From: Candidatus Acidiferrum sp.
GTDB taxonomy: Bacteria > Acidobacteriota > Terriglobia > Acidiferrales > UBA7541
Direction of reading: 5' to 3'
Assembly (NCBI GenBank): GCA_041478205.1
Contig: JBGOVR010000001.1
Span: 5,583-69,582, forward strand
Length of the DNA: 64,000 nt
A program made the translations under genes and the position numbers. The notes below the pieces were generated by a model. It saw nothing but the letters and a program-made list of their open reading frames with translations, was not told where the DNA came from and did no database searches. Below, in pieces: positions 48,277-57,738 of the stretch. The stretch's first letter is position 1, and the number at the start of each line of letters is the position of its first letter.

Positions 48277-49442
48277 CCACAACCTGGAACGGGCAAAGGC
48301 GGATGGCGTTTCATCCGCAGATCCTGAGTTAGCGGCACGGTGGTCAACACCTCCACAATCTTTTGTGAGGCGGCGCCGTCACCGTAGGGATTGGTCATGC
48401 CCTGCAAAGAGCGGCGGAATTCTTCGCTCTTCGCGATGCGCACCGCTTCGACGATGGAGTTAGAGTCAGGCGCCGAGTCCAGAATGTTCCGGGCGCGTTC
48501 CCGGCCTTGTTGCCGCAAACCTACATTGATCGTGGGAATTGCGAACGAAGGCGTCTCCATGATTCCGCTGCTTGAATTGCCGAGGACCACATCCACCTGG
48601 CGAAGCAGGCTCCAATAGGTGAGGGCATCGAGGTTCACGAAAACGTGCGAGTCCGCGCGCGAAGCTGCAAAGGAACGCGTGCGCTGGATCAGATCGAGGC
48701 TGCCGGCATCGGCATTGGGATAGCAGAACAGCAGCTGCTCCGGCAAGGTGGCTAGCGCCGCGAACAATGCATCCGCCTCCAGAGTGGTATCGCGAGCGAT
48801 GGTAACCGGATGGTAGGTCACCAAAACTGCCGGATTCTTCAGTTTTATCTTCAGGCGCGATTCCAGTTGCTCTCGAGGGAACAGAGTTTGCCGGCGCAAA
48901 TGATCCAGCGAGGGAGCTCCCGCGCGGTGCACGCGCCACGGCTCTTCTCCCATGGAGATGATCCGCTGGCGCGCGCCGTGGGTGGAAGTAAAGTGAATGT
49001 GGCTCATCATCGTCAAGGCATTCCTGACGGCGTCATCGATGGCTCCTTCGCTGATCTCGCCGCCTTCGATGTGGGCGATGGGAATGCGCAGCGCCAGCGC
49101 GACCGATGCAGGAGCCAGCATTTCGTAGCGGTCCGCGATTAAGAGAAGCAAGTCCGGCCGCATGTGCCCTAGAAGATCGGCGAGGCTCAAAGTAGCGACG
49201 CCGATCGTCTTAGCCATCCCTACATCGCTATCGGAACTCAACAAGCATTCCACGCGGGCGTCGATGCTGAATCCATCTTTCTCAATCTCCCGAGCGGTGC
49301 GTCCAAACTCCGGCGAAAGATGCGATCCCAGGACGATGAGTCTGAGGTCTACCTGCGGATGGGTGGACAAATCTTTGAGCGGCCAGTACAGATGGCTGTA
49401 GTCGGCACGCGACGTGGTGATGACGGCAATTTTGCGTTTCAA
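48273..49442 (-). CDS. neuC: UDP-N-acetylglucosamine 2-epimerase, hydrolysing (NeuC/LegG family)
   Basis: [60 protein letters not shown]. Confidence 0.9.
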   Translation of the reverse strand: MKRKIAVITTSRADYSHLYWPLKDLSTHPQVDLRLIVLGSHLSPEFGRTAREIEKDGFSIDARVECLLSSDSDVGMAKTIGVATLSLADLLGHMRPDLLLLIADRYEMLAPASVALALRIPIAHIEGGEISEGAIDDAVRNALTMMSHIHFTSTHGARQRIISMGEEPWRVHRAGAPSLDHLRRQTLFPREQLESRLKIKLKNPAVLVTYHPVTIARDTTLEADALFAALATLPEQLLFCYPNADAGSLDLIQRTRSFAASRADSHVFVNLDALTYWSLLRQVDVVLGNSSSGIMETPSFAIPTINVGLRQQGRERARNILDSAPDSNSIVEAVRIAKSEEFRRSLQGMTNPYGDGAASQKIVEVLTTVPLTQDLRMKRHPPLPVPGCG

Positions 49443-49449
49443 GGGGCTC

Positions 49450-50529
49450 TCAAACCGGTGCGGGATTCAAACGGCTCAACAACATCTCGCTGGGCCGGTA
49501 TTCCGGAACGAGGCGGCCGAGTGTGTCGAGCAGGACCGCAAGGTTTCGCAGGCGCACGCCCTCCGCAATTGCCTGCAGCGCGGAATCCAAAACATCGGGT
49601 GACATCGGCGTGGAATTCACTCGCCAAAGCCTGGAATCGCTGGTCAGCTCGGTACGCTCGCGGGCCGAAACCAATTCTTCACTCAGCTTGTCGCCAGGAC
49701 GCAAGGCAGTGAAAACAATTTTCGGTTGCGCCCCACCATCGCGAGCCGCTTCCTTAATAAGACGCTTTGCCAAATCGACGATCTTAACGGGCTCCCCGAG
49801 TTCGGGAACAAGAATGCTGGCGTCTTCACCGAGGGCCGCGGCCGCGAGAATCAGTGCGACGGTCTCGCTCAGCGAGAGGAAGTAGCGGCACGACTCGGGG
49901 TGCGTCACCGTCACCGGTCCACCCCGCTCAATTTGCTGCTTGAAAAGCGGGACCACGCTGCCGTGAGAACCCAGCACGTTTCCCAAGCGAAGAGCGCTCA
50001 TACGAGTCCTCGGGCTGCTGAAGCGGAGCAGAACGAGTTCCGCGACACGCTTTGCGGCGCCCATGACGCTGTGCGGGTTCACCGCTTTGTCCGTCGAGAT
50101 CATGATCAGGCGCTCGACGCCATTTTGCAGCGCAGCCTTCGCCAAGGCCCAAGTGCCGAGTGCGTTGTTGCGAATGACGGCGATGGGGTTGGTCTCCATG
50201 AGAGGCACATGCTTGAAAGCCGCTGCGTGGTAGATCGTATCCGGGCGGTATTTTTCCAGGACCTCGTTCAGCAGGGCATCGTCGGAGATGTCCCCAAGGA
50301 TCGGAACGTGGAGCGCGCGGCAATCGCTGGCGGACAATTCCGCATGAACTTCGTACAGGTTTTGCTCGGAATGATCGAGCAGGATGACAAGCTTAGGCCC
50401 GGAATGGAGGATGGTCTTTGCGAGCGCCGAGCCGATACAGCCTCCCGCGCCGGTGAGTAAGACCGTCTCGCCTGCGTTCGTGGTGTTCAGCGGAACTGCG
50501 TCCTTCTGGGGTCTCGGATGCCGCAGCAT
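49450..50529 (-). CDS. Nucleotide-sugar 4,6-dehydratase (PglF/CapD-like catalytic domain, no TM part)
   Basis: TGAGGCIG, HAAAFKHVP, STDKAV, MGAAKR, GNVLGS.GSVVPLF, LRPGDKL. Confidence 0.88.
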   Translation of the reverse strand: MLRHPRPQKDAVPLNTTNAGETVLLTGAGGCIGSALAKTILHSGPKLVILLDHSEQNLYEVHAELSASDCRALHVPILGDISDDALLNEVLEKYRPDTIYHAAAFKHVPLMETNPIAVIRNNALGTWALAKAALQNGVERLIMISTDKAVNPHSVMGAAKRVAELVLLRFSSPRTRMSALRLGNVLGSHGSVVPLFKQQIERGGPVTVTHPESCRYFLSLSETVALILAAAALGEDASILVPELGEPVKIVDLAKRLIKEAARDGGAQPKIVFTALRPGDKLSEELVSARERTELTSDSRLWRVNSTPMSPDVLDSALQAIAEGVRLRNLAVLLDTLGRLVPEYRPSEMLLSRLNPAPV

Positions 50530-50537
50530 TCGCCAAC

Positions 50538-52058
50538 CTAGCGCTGGTTGCCGACGAGCGCCAGGAAAACTCGATCGTCCACGGCAACGGACCGGCTAAA
50601 CAGAGTCGGTGCGTTCGCTCCGGCAAGTGCGACGCGATTGGCGCTGGCGCTGAGCGCCGGACCCGCGGGCTTAGCGTCTGTAGTAGAAGTGTCGCCGGGT
50701 TGCAGCGAAATACGCGTGGTCTTGGGAACGCAGTCCGCGGCGCCGAGACATGTGTCGCGCACGAAAACCTGGCGATACCCGCTATTTGTTCCCGTGGCGC
50801 TTGGCTTGGTTTGGGCGGCAGCCTGACTCGTGGCGTGACTCGGCGTCACGGACAAGAACGCCACGAAGCGCCCAGAGGCGCTCACCGAGGGCAGGATGCT
50901 TTCCGTGCCGACGAGTGCACCGTTGGGGTCCGTGGAGACCAGTTGCGTCGAAGGCGTGCAAGATGCCGAGGCCGAGCCAAAGCAAGTGTCGCGCAGGTAG
51001 ACCTGGCGGCCAGCGGCTGCGCCAGTGAAGAGATTTGTCGCCGCGGAGCTGAACGCGACGTAGCGTCCGTCGGAACTCATCGAGGGAGACCCGCTATCGT
51101 CGTTTCCGGCGGCGCCCTCGGCCGAGGCGGAAAGAAGACTGGTGCGCGCCTGGCAGCTCGAGGCCGTACCCTCACACGTATCGCGAACGAAAACTTGCTC
51201 GTGGCCGGATTGTGTCGCGGTATACGCGACGTAGCGCCCGTCAACGCTTACGGCAGGCGTCTCTTCGGCGATCGTCTGCGATGTCTTTGTCATGCCGGTT
51301 CCCGCGGGCGTGATCGAAAAAGACAGGCCGTTGGCGCTGGTTCCACCACCCCCGCCCGTTGACGAAGAAGGCGGATTGAAGACGGTCACCGTGGCCGCGA
51401 CCGCTTGACTTGTCGAATTGACGAGAAGGCTCGTGCCCACCGTGGCCGTAATCTGCGTTGAGCTGATGCTGACGATGGGAAGGGTGTTTTGTGTCGGTCC
51501 CAAATTCCAATGGACCTGGGATCCGCCGGACGGATCAGAAGTGGGGAGGAAACTACTGCCGTTGATTGTAAGAGCAAAGGAGGCGCTTCCGGCCGCGGCG
51601 CTGCTCGGAGACATCGAAGTAATCGCCGGCAGGGGACTAGCAGCGGGGTTGACGATGAACGCGATGGAGTTGGAAAGCCCATTTTGTCCCGCCCCATACG
51701 CCGGGCTGAGGGTGTTGACGAACGCGGTGCCGGGTTTGGCGACCAGCGCCGCCGTGACCGTACCGGTTATCCCGGTTACGTTCCCGGCACTATCCGTCTG
51801 GACTTTTGTGTCGATCGTTTTCCCATTCCACTGCACCACGGTTTTAGCAACGAACCCCTGACCGGTGACGATCAGGGTAAAATCCGCGCTCCCCGCAGAG
51901 ATGGTCGACGGCGAGAGCGAACTAATACCAGCGCCGGTGGGATTCTGAAAGGTGTTGCCGTAGTCGTTGCAACCTGCCACGGCGAAAATCGCCGCAACCG
52001 CGACACCCAATATTAACCGCTCCACGGTCACACCTATCACCGCCCCAAACCCCTTCAT
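50538..52058 (-). CDS. Lipoprotein with IPT/Ig-like domains and TolB-like repeats
   Basis: RBS GAGGGAG; lipobox AVAGC; SLSPS..AGS repeats; three QV(F/Y).RDTC repeats and S.DGRYVAF. Confidence 0.8.
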   Translation of the reverse strand: MKGFGAVIGVTVERLILGVAVAAIFAVAGCNDYGNTFQNPTGAGISSLSPSTISAGSADFTLIVTGQGFVAKTVVQWNGKTIDTKVQTDSAGNVTGITGTVTAALVAKPGTAFVNTLSPAYGAGQNGLSNSIAFIVNPAASPLPAITSMSPSSAAAGSASFALTINGSSFLPTSDPSGGSQVHWNLGPTQNTLPIVSISSTQITATVGTSLLVNSTSQAVAATVTVFNPPSSSTGGGGGTSANGLSFSITPAGTGMTKTSQTIAEETPAVSVDGRYVAYTATQSGHEQVFVRDTCEGTASSCQARTSLLSASAEGAAGNDDSGSPSMSSDGRYVAFSSAATNLFTGAAAGRQVYLRDTCFGSASASCTPSTQLVSTDPNGALVGTESILPSVSASGRFVAFLSVTPSHATSQAAAQTKPSATGTNSGYRQVFVRDTCLGAADCVPKTTRISLQPGDTSTTDAKPAGPALSASANRVALAGANAPTLFSRSVAVDDRVFLALVGNQR

Positions 52059-52390
52059 TGATACTCCCTCATCTTCACTTGTGACCGCCAGGCGGCCGGT
52101 GCTGCCAAGTTGGCCGTCTGGCGGCCGACTTGCCCGGGCGAATGGCGGGGGACCCGCGACGCCAAGGTGCTGTTGGAATGAGATGCTCAATCCGTGCTGC
52201 GCGTTGACCGTCCCGCAGGAACCGTCCGGGACCCAAGAAGCGCACCTCTCGGCACACACCTCGCACGCCGTGACCCTGAATAACAGGCGCCGCGCAACCC
52301 TACATGCTTACCATTCCTGCCGGGATAACGTCAATCAACATTCCAGGCCGCAGGCGGGAGGACCGAGCCCACGGAACGCCCACCGGGTCG

Positions 52391-53356
52391 TTAGTGAGCC
52401 CTGACCACGGCATCTGCGCCGATGGCGGCGAGTGAGGTGCGTATCAGGGCTTGGATGTGCTCGCGGCACTCTGGGTCGCGAACGGGAAGAGCGGCGGCGG
52501 CTCGATAGCATTCGGCAGCTTGTTCTTTGCGGCCGAGCTTGGAGTAAAGGTCGCCGCGGATAAGCTGAAACAGTGGATTGGAAGAATATTTTTCCGCGAG
52601 GGGGCCAGCCACCTGAAGAGCGCGCTCGTACTGACGATCGTAGCTATGAAGATTGATGGCCAGATAGAAGCGCGCCTCCGCGGGAGTGAGCTTCCCTTCA
52701 GCGATGGCGTGTTCGAGCTGTCGAATGCCTTCCTGCTTGCTGCCGCCGGGGATGCCCATGAAGAAACGCAGAACGCGGGCGGCGGCGGAAAGCGTGTCGG
52801 CATAATAGTTATAGAGACCAAGGCCGAAGTCCGCATCGGCGAGGTCGGGATCAAGAGCGACGGCACGGAGGAGATGCTCGCGGGCGCGGACGCCGGCGCG
52901 GGCGGCATTGCGATTCTCTCCGCGCAAACCGTACAGCCGCGCCGTAAGGGCATCCGCCATGCCCGCATAAAACTCCATTTCAGCCGAATCGTGACGCGCG
53001 ATCTGGGCTTCCGCAAGCGAGGAGGCTTTCGCACCAAGATCGAGATAGTGCTGGTCGGCGGCTAGCTTGGCGCGATGGCGCGCGTAGGTCATCCCATATT
53101 TGAATTCCGCCGACGTGCACCAGATCTTCCACCACAGCGCTTCGGCTTCGAGGGCATAGCCCAAGGGATGCTCGGGCTGCTCCTGCTCAAGGCGGCGCGC
53201 GTCTTCCATGGCTGCGTCCGGATCGCCGGAATAAATCTTATCGATTGCGGCGTAGGCCGCCGGGGGCACGGCTAGTTTCGCGCAGCGGATCGCCGCGCCG
53301 GAAATCAGTACGAAACAGATAAGAAATGAAACGGCGCGAAAAACGGAACGCAGCAT
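52391..53356 (-). CDS. Exported TPR protein
   Basis: N-terminal hydrophobic segment; AVALDPDLADADFGLGLYNYY; GDLYSKLG..EQAAECY. Confidence 0.8.
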   Translation of the reverse strand: MLRSVFRAVSFLICFVLISGAAIRCAKLAVPPAAYAAIDKIYSGDPDAAMEDARRLEQEQPEHPLGYALEAEALWWKIWCTSAEFKYGMTYARHRAKLAADQHYLDLGAKASSLAEAQIARHDSAEMEFYAGMADALTARLYGLRGENRNAARAGVRAREHLLRAVALDPDLADADFGLGLYNYYADTLSAAARVLRFFMGIPGGSKQEGIRQLEHAIAEGKLTPAEARFYLAINLHSYDRQYERALQVAGPLAEKYSSNPLFQLIRGDLYSKLGRKEQAAECYRAAAALPVRDPECREHIQALIRTSLAAIGADAVVRAH

Positions 53357-53393
53357 GACCGCTACCACCAGGTGTTCGTCGATTTGCGCCAGA

Positions 53394-55979
53394 TCAGACT
53401 CGGCGCCGGACGAGTTTAAGCTGTTCCAGCAAGGTTACAAAACGAAACGGTTTTTGCAGGAATGTAGAATTCGAAGGTAGCTGAGCTTCCGGAAAACCCT
53501 CCGCATAACCAGACATATACACTACCTGAACTTCGGGATGGACCTTGGCGACGCGGCGGGCCAGCTCCGGACCACGCAGGCCCGGCATGACGATATCCGT
53601 CAGCAGCACGTCGATCTTTCCCGAATGCTGCTGCGCCATCTCCAGAGCTTCCGTCGAAGATTCTGCCTCCAAGACTTTGTATCCGGTGGTGCGCAGAATT
53701 TCGACGATGGCATGCCGCAGAGCCGCTTCGTCGTCGGCGACGAGGATAGTCGCACCGGTACCGGATTCGTTTGAGAACTCGGACGGCGCAGCGCTCGGCG
53801 CGGCAGAGACCGGGGGCTCGGTGACCGGAAAGTACAGCTCGAAACGCGAGCCCCGCCCAGGCGCGGAGTCCACGCGGATGTGCCCACGGCTTTGCTTGAC
53901 GACACCGTAGACCGTCGCCAAGCCCAGGCCAGTTCCCTTTCCGCTGGGTTTGGTGGTGAAAAAGGGCTCGAAGATCTGCACGCGCGTCTTTTCGTCCATG
54001 CCCGTGCCGGTATCGGCGACTTCCAGAACGATCCAGGCGTTGGAAGACGCCGTGGAATCACCAGCGTCGTCCGGAGAGTGGTTGGCGTTACGGGTGGAGA
54101 TGGTGAGGCGACCGCCGTCCGGCATGGCGTCGCGCGCATTGATCGCGAGATTGGCGACAACCTGCCCGAGCTGGGAAGGGTCGGAAAGAATCCAGGAGTG
54201 TTTCGCCTGGTGCTGAAACGTCAGCTGGATGTCAGATCCGAGCAGGCGAGGAAGCATGAACTCGGATTCCGTTAGTGCTTCGTGAAGATTCATGGGGCGG
54301 AATTCCAGGACCTGTTTGCGGCTGAAGGCCAGAAGCTGTTTGGTGATGGCGGCGGCTTTTTCGGTGGTGCGCTGGATCTGGTCTAGGTAGATGCGCGCGG
54401 CGGATTCCTTTGGAAGCGAGTGGTCCAGCAGCTCCGAACACCCACCGAGGACCATGAGCATATTGTTAAAGTCATGCGCAACGCCGCCGGCCAGGCGCCC
54501 GAGCACTTCCATTTTCTGGGCTTGGCGCACCTGCGCTTCGAGCTTTTCTTGTTGCTCTTCGAGCGCGCTGCGTTTCAGACTCTGACGGTAGCTGTCGTAG
54601 AGGACGCCGGTGGCCTGCGACATTGTTTCTAGGTAGCGCAGCTCGTTTCCGGTGTAGCCCCCGGGACGGTTGGCAATGCCGATGAGGCCGACCGTTTCTT
54701 TGCCCTTAAAGATCGGCACACCCAGAAAGGAATACATCGGCGGATGGCCGGCGGGGAGGCCACCGGAGCGCGGGTCGGTCTCCGGAGAATTTGCGACAAC
54801 GGTTTCGCCTTTGGTGATCACTTCGCCGAGCAGGTTGTGAAAGTGGGCGACTTCGAAGTAGCCCTGGGTCGCATGCTGGTGAATCTTTTCCTCATACATC
54901 GCCCGGTTAAGGTGCATGTCCCAGACCATGCCATCGTGCGCCAGTACCCTAAGAACGTTTCCCTCAAGGGCCACGCCCAAAAGCCCGTATTGGCTCTGCG
55001 TCTGGCTAAGGGCGAACGCCAGAAGGTGCTGGCTTGCCGCGCTCCAATCGCCGGTATCCAGAAAGGTGTTGAGCGCCTGCGTGACGGTCGACAAGACCGC
55101 GGTCTTTTCCCGTAGTTCGAGCTCGATGCGCTTCCGCTCGCTGATATCTTCGATTACGCCCATTATCCCGCAGAGAGCGCCATCTTCGTCGAACACTGGA
55201 GCGGTTGAAACACTGGCGGGAAAGCGTTCCCCACTGCGCCTGACACGACTGCTTTCCAAACCGGCGGTAACTTCACCGGCGGCTGCTTTCTCGCGAAGTT
55301 CAGCGCGCTCCTGGTATTTGTCAGCGGGTACGAAGGCAGGTTTTTTCCCCAGCACTTCCTCGGCGCGCCAGCCGAACACACGTTCCGCGGCGGGATTCCA
55401 GGCGGTTACGTTGTCCTCGAGATCGGTGCTCATTACCGGCATCGGAGCAGCTTGAATGAGCGCGCGGAAGCGTTCATTTCCGCGGCGCGCGGCGGACTCC
55501 CGGGCGGAGCGCACAAAAGCGACGATGCCGTCGGCGGCGATGAGCAGCACCACCGCCGTGCCTAAGGAGGCCGCCGCGGTGACGATCTTGGCCGCGGCAG
55601 AAAGCCAATAGACGGGCTTCCACACCGTCACGATCTCGAGAAAATGCGTGATACCACAGCTCACGATAAATAGCCCGAAAGCCCAGAAGAAACCGGAATG
55701 CGGGAGCTCACGTCCCGCTCGGCGTACCAGCCACGCGAGAGTCGCGGAGATCGCCACGTAGGACAGGCCAATGAGCAGGTCGGCAATGACGTTAATCCAG
55801 AGCAGCCGCGTGTTGCCGGCGAAGCAGTACCAATGCGGAAGAAAGTTGCTCGAGAGCAGCGGCCGCGACGAGATCCAGGTCGCGGCAGCGCTGGCAAAAA
55901 GCGCGGCCAGCAGGAGCTTGGTGGCACGCGCCGACAACTTCGGTGGTGACTCCGGAATGACTGGAGCGCTTCCAGACAT
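53394..55979 (-). CDS. Hybrid histidine kinase: ETR1-like ethylene-binding TM domain + PAS + GAF + HisKA + HATPase + REC
   Basis: [33 protein letters not shown]; [14 protein letters not shown]; [16 protein letters not shown]; GGVAHDFNN; NARDAM; GTGLGL; TDIVMP. Confidence 0.9.
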   Translation of the reverse strand: MSGSAPVIPESPPKLSARATKLLLAALFASAAATWISSRPLLSSNFLPHWYCFAGNTRLLWINVIADLLIGLSYVAISATLAWLVRRAGRELPHSGFFWAFGLFIVSCGITHFLEIVTVWKPVYWLSAAAKIVTAAASLGTAVVLLIAADGIVAFVRSARESAARRGNERFRALIQAAPMPVMSTDLEDNVTAWNPAAERVFGWRAEEVLGKKPAFVPADKYQERAELREKAAAGEVTAGLESSRVRRSGERFPASVSTAPVFDEDGALCGIMGVIEDISERKRIELELREKTAVLSTVTQALNTFLDTGDWSAASQHLLAFALSQTQSQYGLLGVALEGNVLRVLAHDGMVWDMHLNRAMYEEKIHQHATQGYFEVAHFHNLLGEVITKGETVVANSPETDPRSGGLPAGHPPMYSFLGVPIFKGKETVGLIGIANRPGGYTGNELRYLETMSQATGVLYDSYRQSLKRSALEEQQEKLEAQVRQAQKMEVLGRLAGGVAHDFNNMLMVLGGCSELLDHSLPKESAARIYLDQIQRTTEKAAAITKQLLAFSRKQVLEFRPMNLHEALTESEFMLPRLLGSDIQLTFQHQAKHSWILSDPSQLGQVVANLAINARDAMPDGGRLTISTRNANHSPDDAGDSTASSNAWIVLEVADTGTGMDEKTRVQIFEPFFTTKPSGKGTGLGLATVYGVVKQSRGHIRVDSAPGRGSRFELYFPVTEPPVSAAPSAAPSEFSNESGTGATILVADDEAALRHAIVEILRTTGYKVLEAESSTEALEMAQQHSGKIDVLLTDIVMPGLRGPELARRVAKVHPEVQVVYMSGYAEGFPEAQLPSNSTFLQKPFRFVTLLEQLKLVRRRV

Positions 55980-56337
55980 CTATGGCGCTGCCTTTCTTCC
56001 TACGCGTGTTCCGTGGACAACCACGCACAATGTCAATTTTTCTTCGGGAGGGGGGTGAACTACGGCGTCTCGCGAGAACGACGCTTCGACAGAGTTCACG
56101 ACGCTGCCCGGCCCGCGCCGGATCGAGAGGAAAAGCTGCCTGCGGGGCGCTGATGGGCAGAGTGTATGTCGATTCTTGCGCTCGCGGAGGCTCGACAACA
56201 AATTCTGTGCCGCAAAGTGCACCTTAGCTCCTGGAGTGCGGCGGCTCTCATGGCTGCGGATCCCTCGACATGCCTGAGGAACTTGCCCGCGTGGGCATTA
56301 GGTAGCTCGGCGCGCATTTGCTATTCTCGGCGGCGCG

Positions 56338-57738
56338 ATGACATCGCACGAAAACGCTGACCGCCCCGGGGGCATGCCAAACGAAGAACGCGGCGGCCTC
56401 GAACGCGGCCTCGGCCTGAAAGAAGCCGTGGCGCTGAATATGATCGAAATGGTCGGCGTCGGCCCGTTTGTCGTGATTCCGCTGGTGATCAAGGCCATGG
56501 GCGGACCGCAATGCCTGCTGGCATGGGCGGCGGGCGCGGTGCTGGCGCTTCTGGATGGCTTCGTGTGGTCGGAACTCGGAGCCGCGATGCCCCTCGCCGG
56601 CGGGAGCTACGTGTTTCTTCGCGAGGCTTACGGCCCAGGCCGCATGGGCAGGATGATGTCGTTCCTGTTCGTATGGCAGACGCTAATTCAGGCGCCGCTG
56701 AGCCTCGCTTCCGGGGCTATCGGTTTTTCGCAATACGCTTCGTATCTCTATCCACTCGGCAAATACGGAGAAAAAGCGCTGTCCGGGCTGCTGGTGATCG
56801 TTCTGGTAATGCTGCTGTACCGGCGCATCGGCTCGATCGGAAGAATCTCCTTATTTCTCTGGGCTGGAGTCGTCGGCACGATTCTCTGGCTCATTTGGGG
56901 CGGCGCGACCCACTTCCAGCCGCGCCTGGTTTTTACCTATGCTCCCGGCGCCTGGGATTTTTCTTGGCTGTTCTTCGCTACGCTGGGCTCCGCCACGGTG
57001 AACACCATTTACACCTATTGGGGCTACTACAACATCTGCCATCTGGGAGGCGAAATTCGCGATCCCGCGCGCAATATCCCTCGCGGAATCTTCATCTCCA
57101 TCATCGGGATCGCCCTGCTGTATCTCGCCATGCAAACGAGCATTCTCGGCGTGCTGCCATGGCAGCAGGCCCAGGATTCGCCCTTCATCGTGAGCGCGTT
57201 CATCGAAAAATTGTACGGCGCGGGAGCAGCGCGCTTCGCCACGGTAATGGTGCTGTGGATCGCCTTCGCATCCGTCTTCTCGTCACTCCTAGGATATTCG
57301 CGGGTGCCCTATTCGGCGGCCCTCGACGGGAATTTTTTCCGCATGTTTGCCCGCGTTCATCCGAAAAAGAAATTCCCGCATGTCTCTCTTTTGTTCCTCG
57401 GAGCGATGACCTTTCTCTTCGCCTTACTCTTCAAGCTGAGAACGGTGATTGCCGCGGTCTTAGCTATGCGTTTGATCATTCAATTCATCGGCCAGGCGGT
57501 GGGCGTGATGTTGTTGCGGCGCCGCTGGCCTGCGGAACGCCTGCCGTTTAAGATGTGGTTCTATCCTTTGCCCGCTCTGCTTACCATCGCGGGCTGGATT
57601 TGGCTTTTCTTTCGAACGGGAAAAGCGGTCTGGTGGGGGTTATCTGTGATTATCCTGGGTCTCGTGGTTTTCCTGGTGCAATCGCGCTTCCGGCGAGAAT
57701 GGCCTTTCGGTGCGCCAAGTTCCGAGGCGGCGCAATGA
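56338..57738 (+). CDS. APC-family amino acid permease
   Basis: MVGVGPF, SELGAAMPLAGGSYVFL, GGEIRDPARNIP, SRVPY; about 12 TM helices. Confidence 0.92.
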   Translation: MTSHENADRPGGMPNEERGGLERGLGLKEAVALNMIEMVGVGPFVVIPLVIKAMGGPQCLLAWAAGAVLALLDGFVWSELGAAMPLAGGSYVFLREAYGPGRMGRMMSFLFVWQTLIQAPLSLASGAIGFSQYASYLYPLGKYGEKALSGLLVIVLVMLLYRRIGSIGRISLFLWAGVVGTILWLIWGGATHFQPRLVFTYAPGAWDFSWLFFATLGSATVNTIYTYWGYYNICHLGGEIRDPARNIPRGIFISIIGIALLYLAMQTSILGVLPWQQAQDSPFIVSAFIEKLYGAGAARFATVMVLWIAFASVFSSLLGYSRVPYSAALDGNFFRMFARVHPKKKFPHVSLLFLGAMTFLFALLFKLRTVIAAVLAMRLIIQFIGQAVGVMLLRRRWPAERLPFKMWFYPLPALLTIAGWIWLFFRTGKAVWWGLSVIILGLVVFLVQSRFRREWPFGAPSSEAAQ

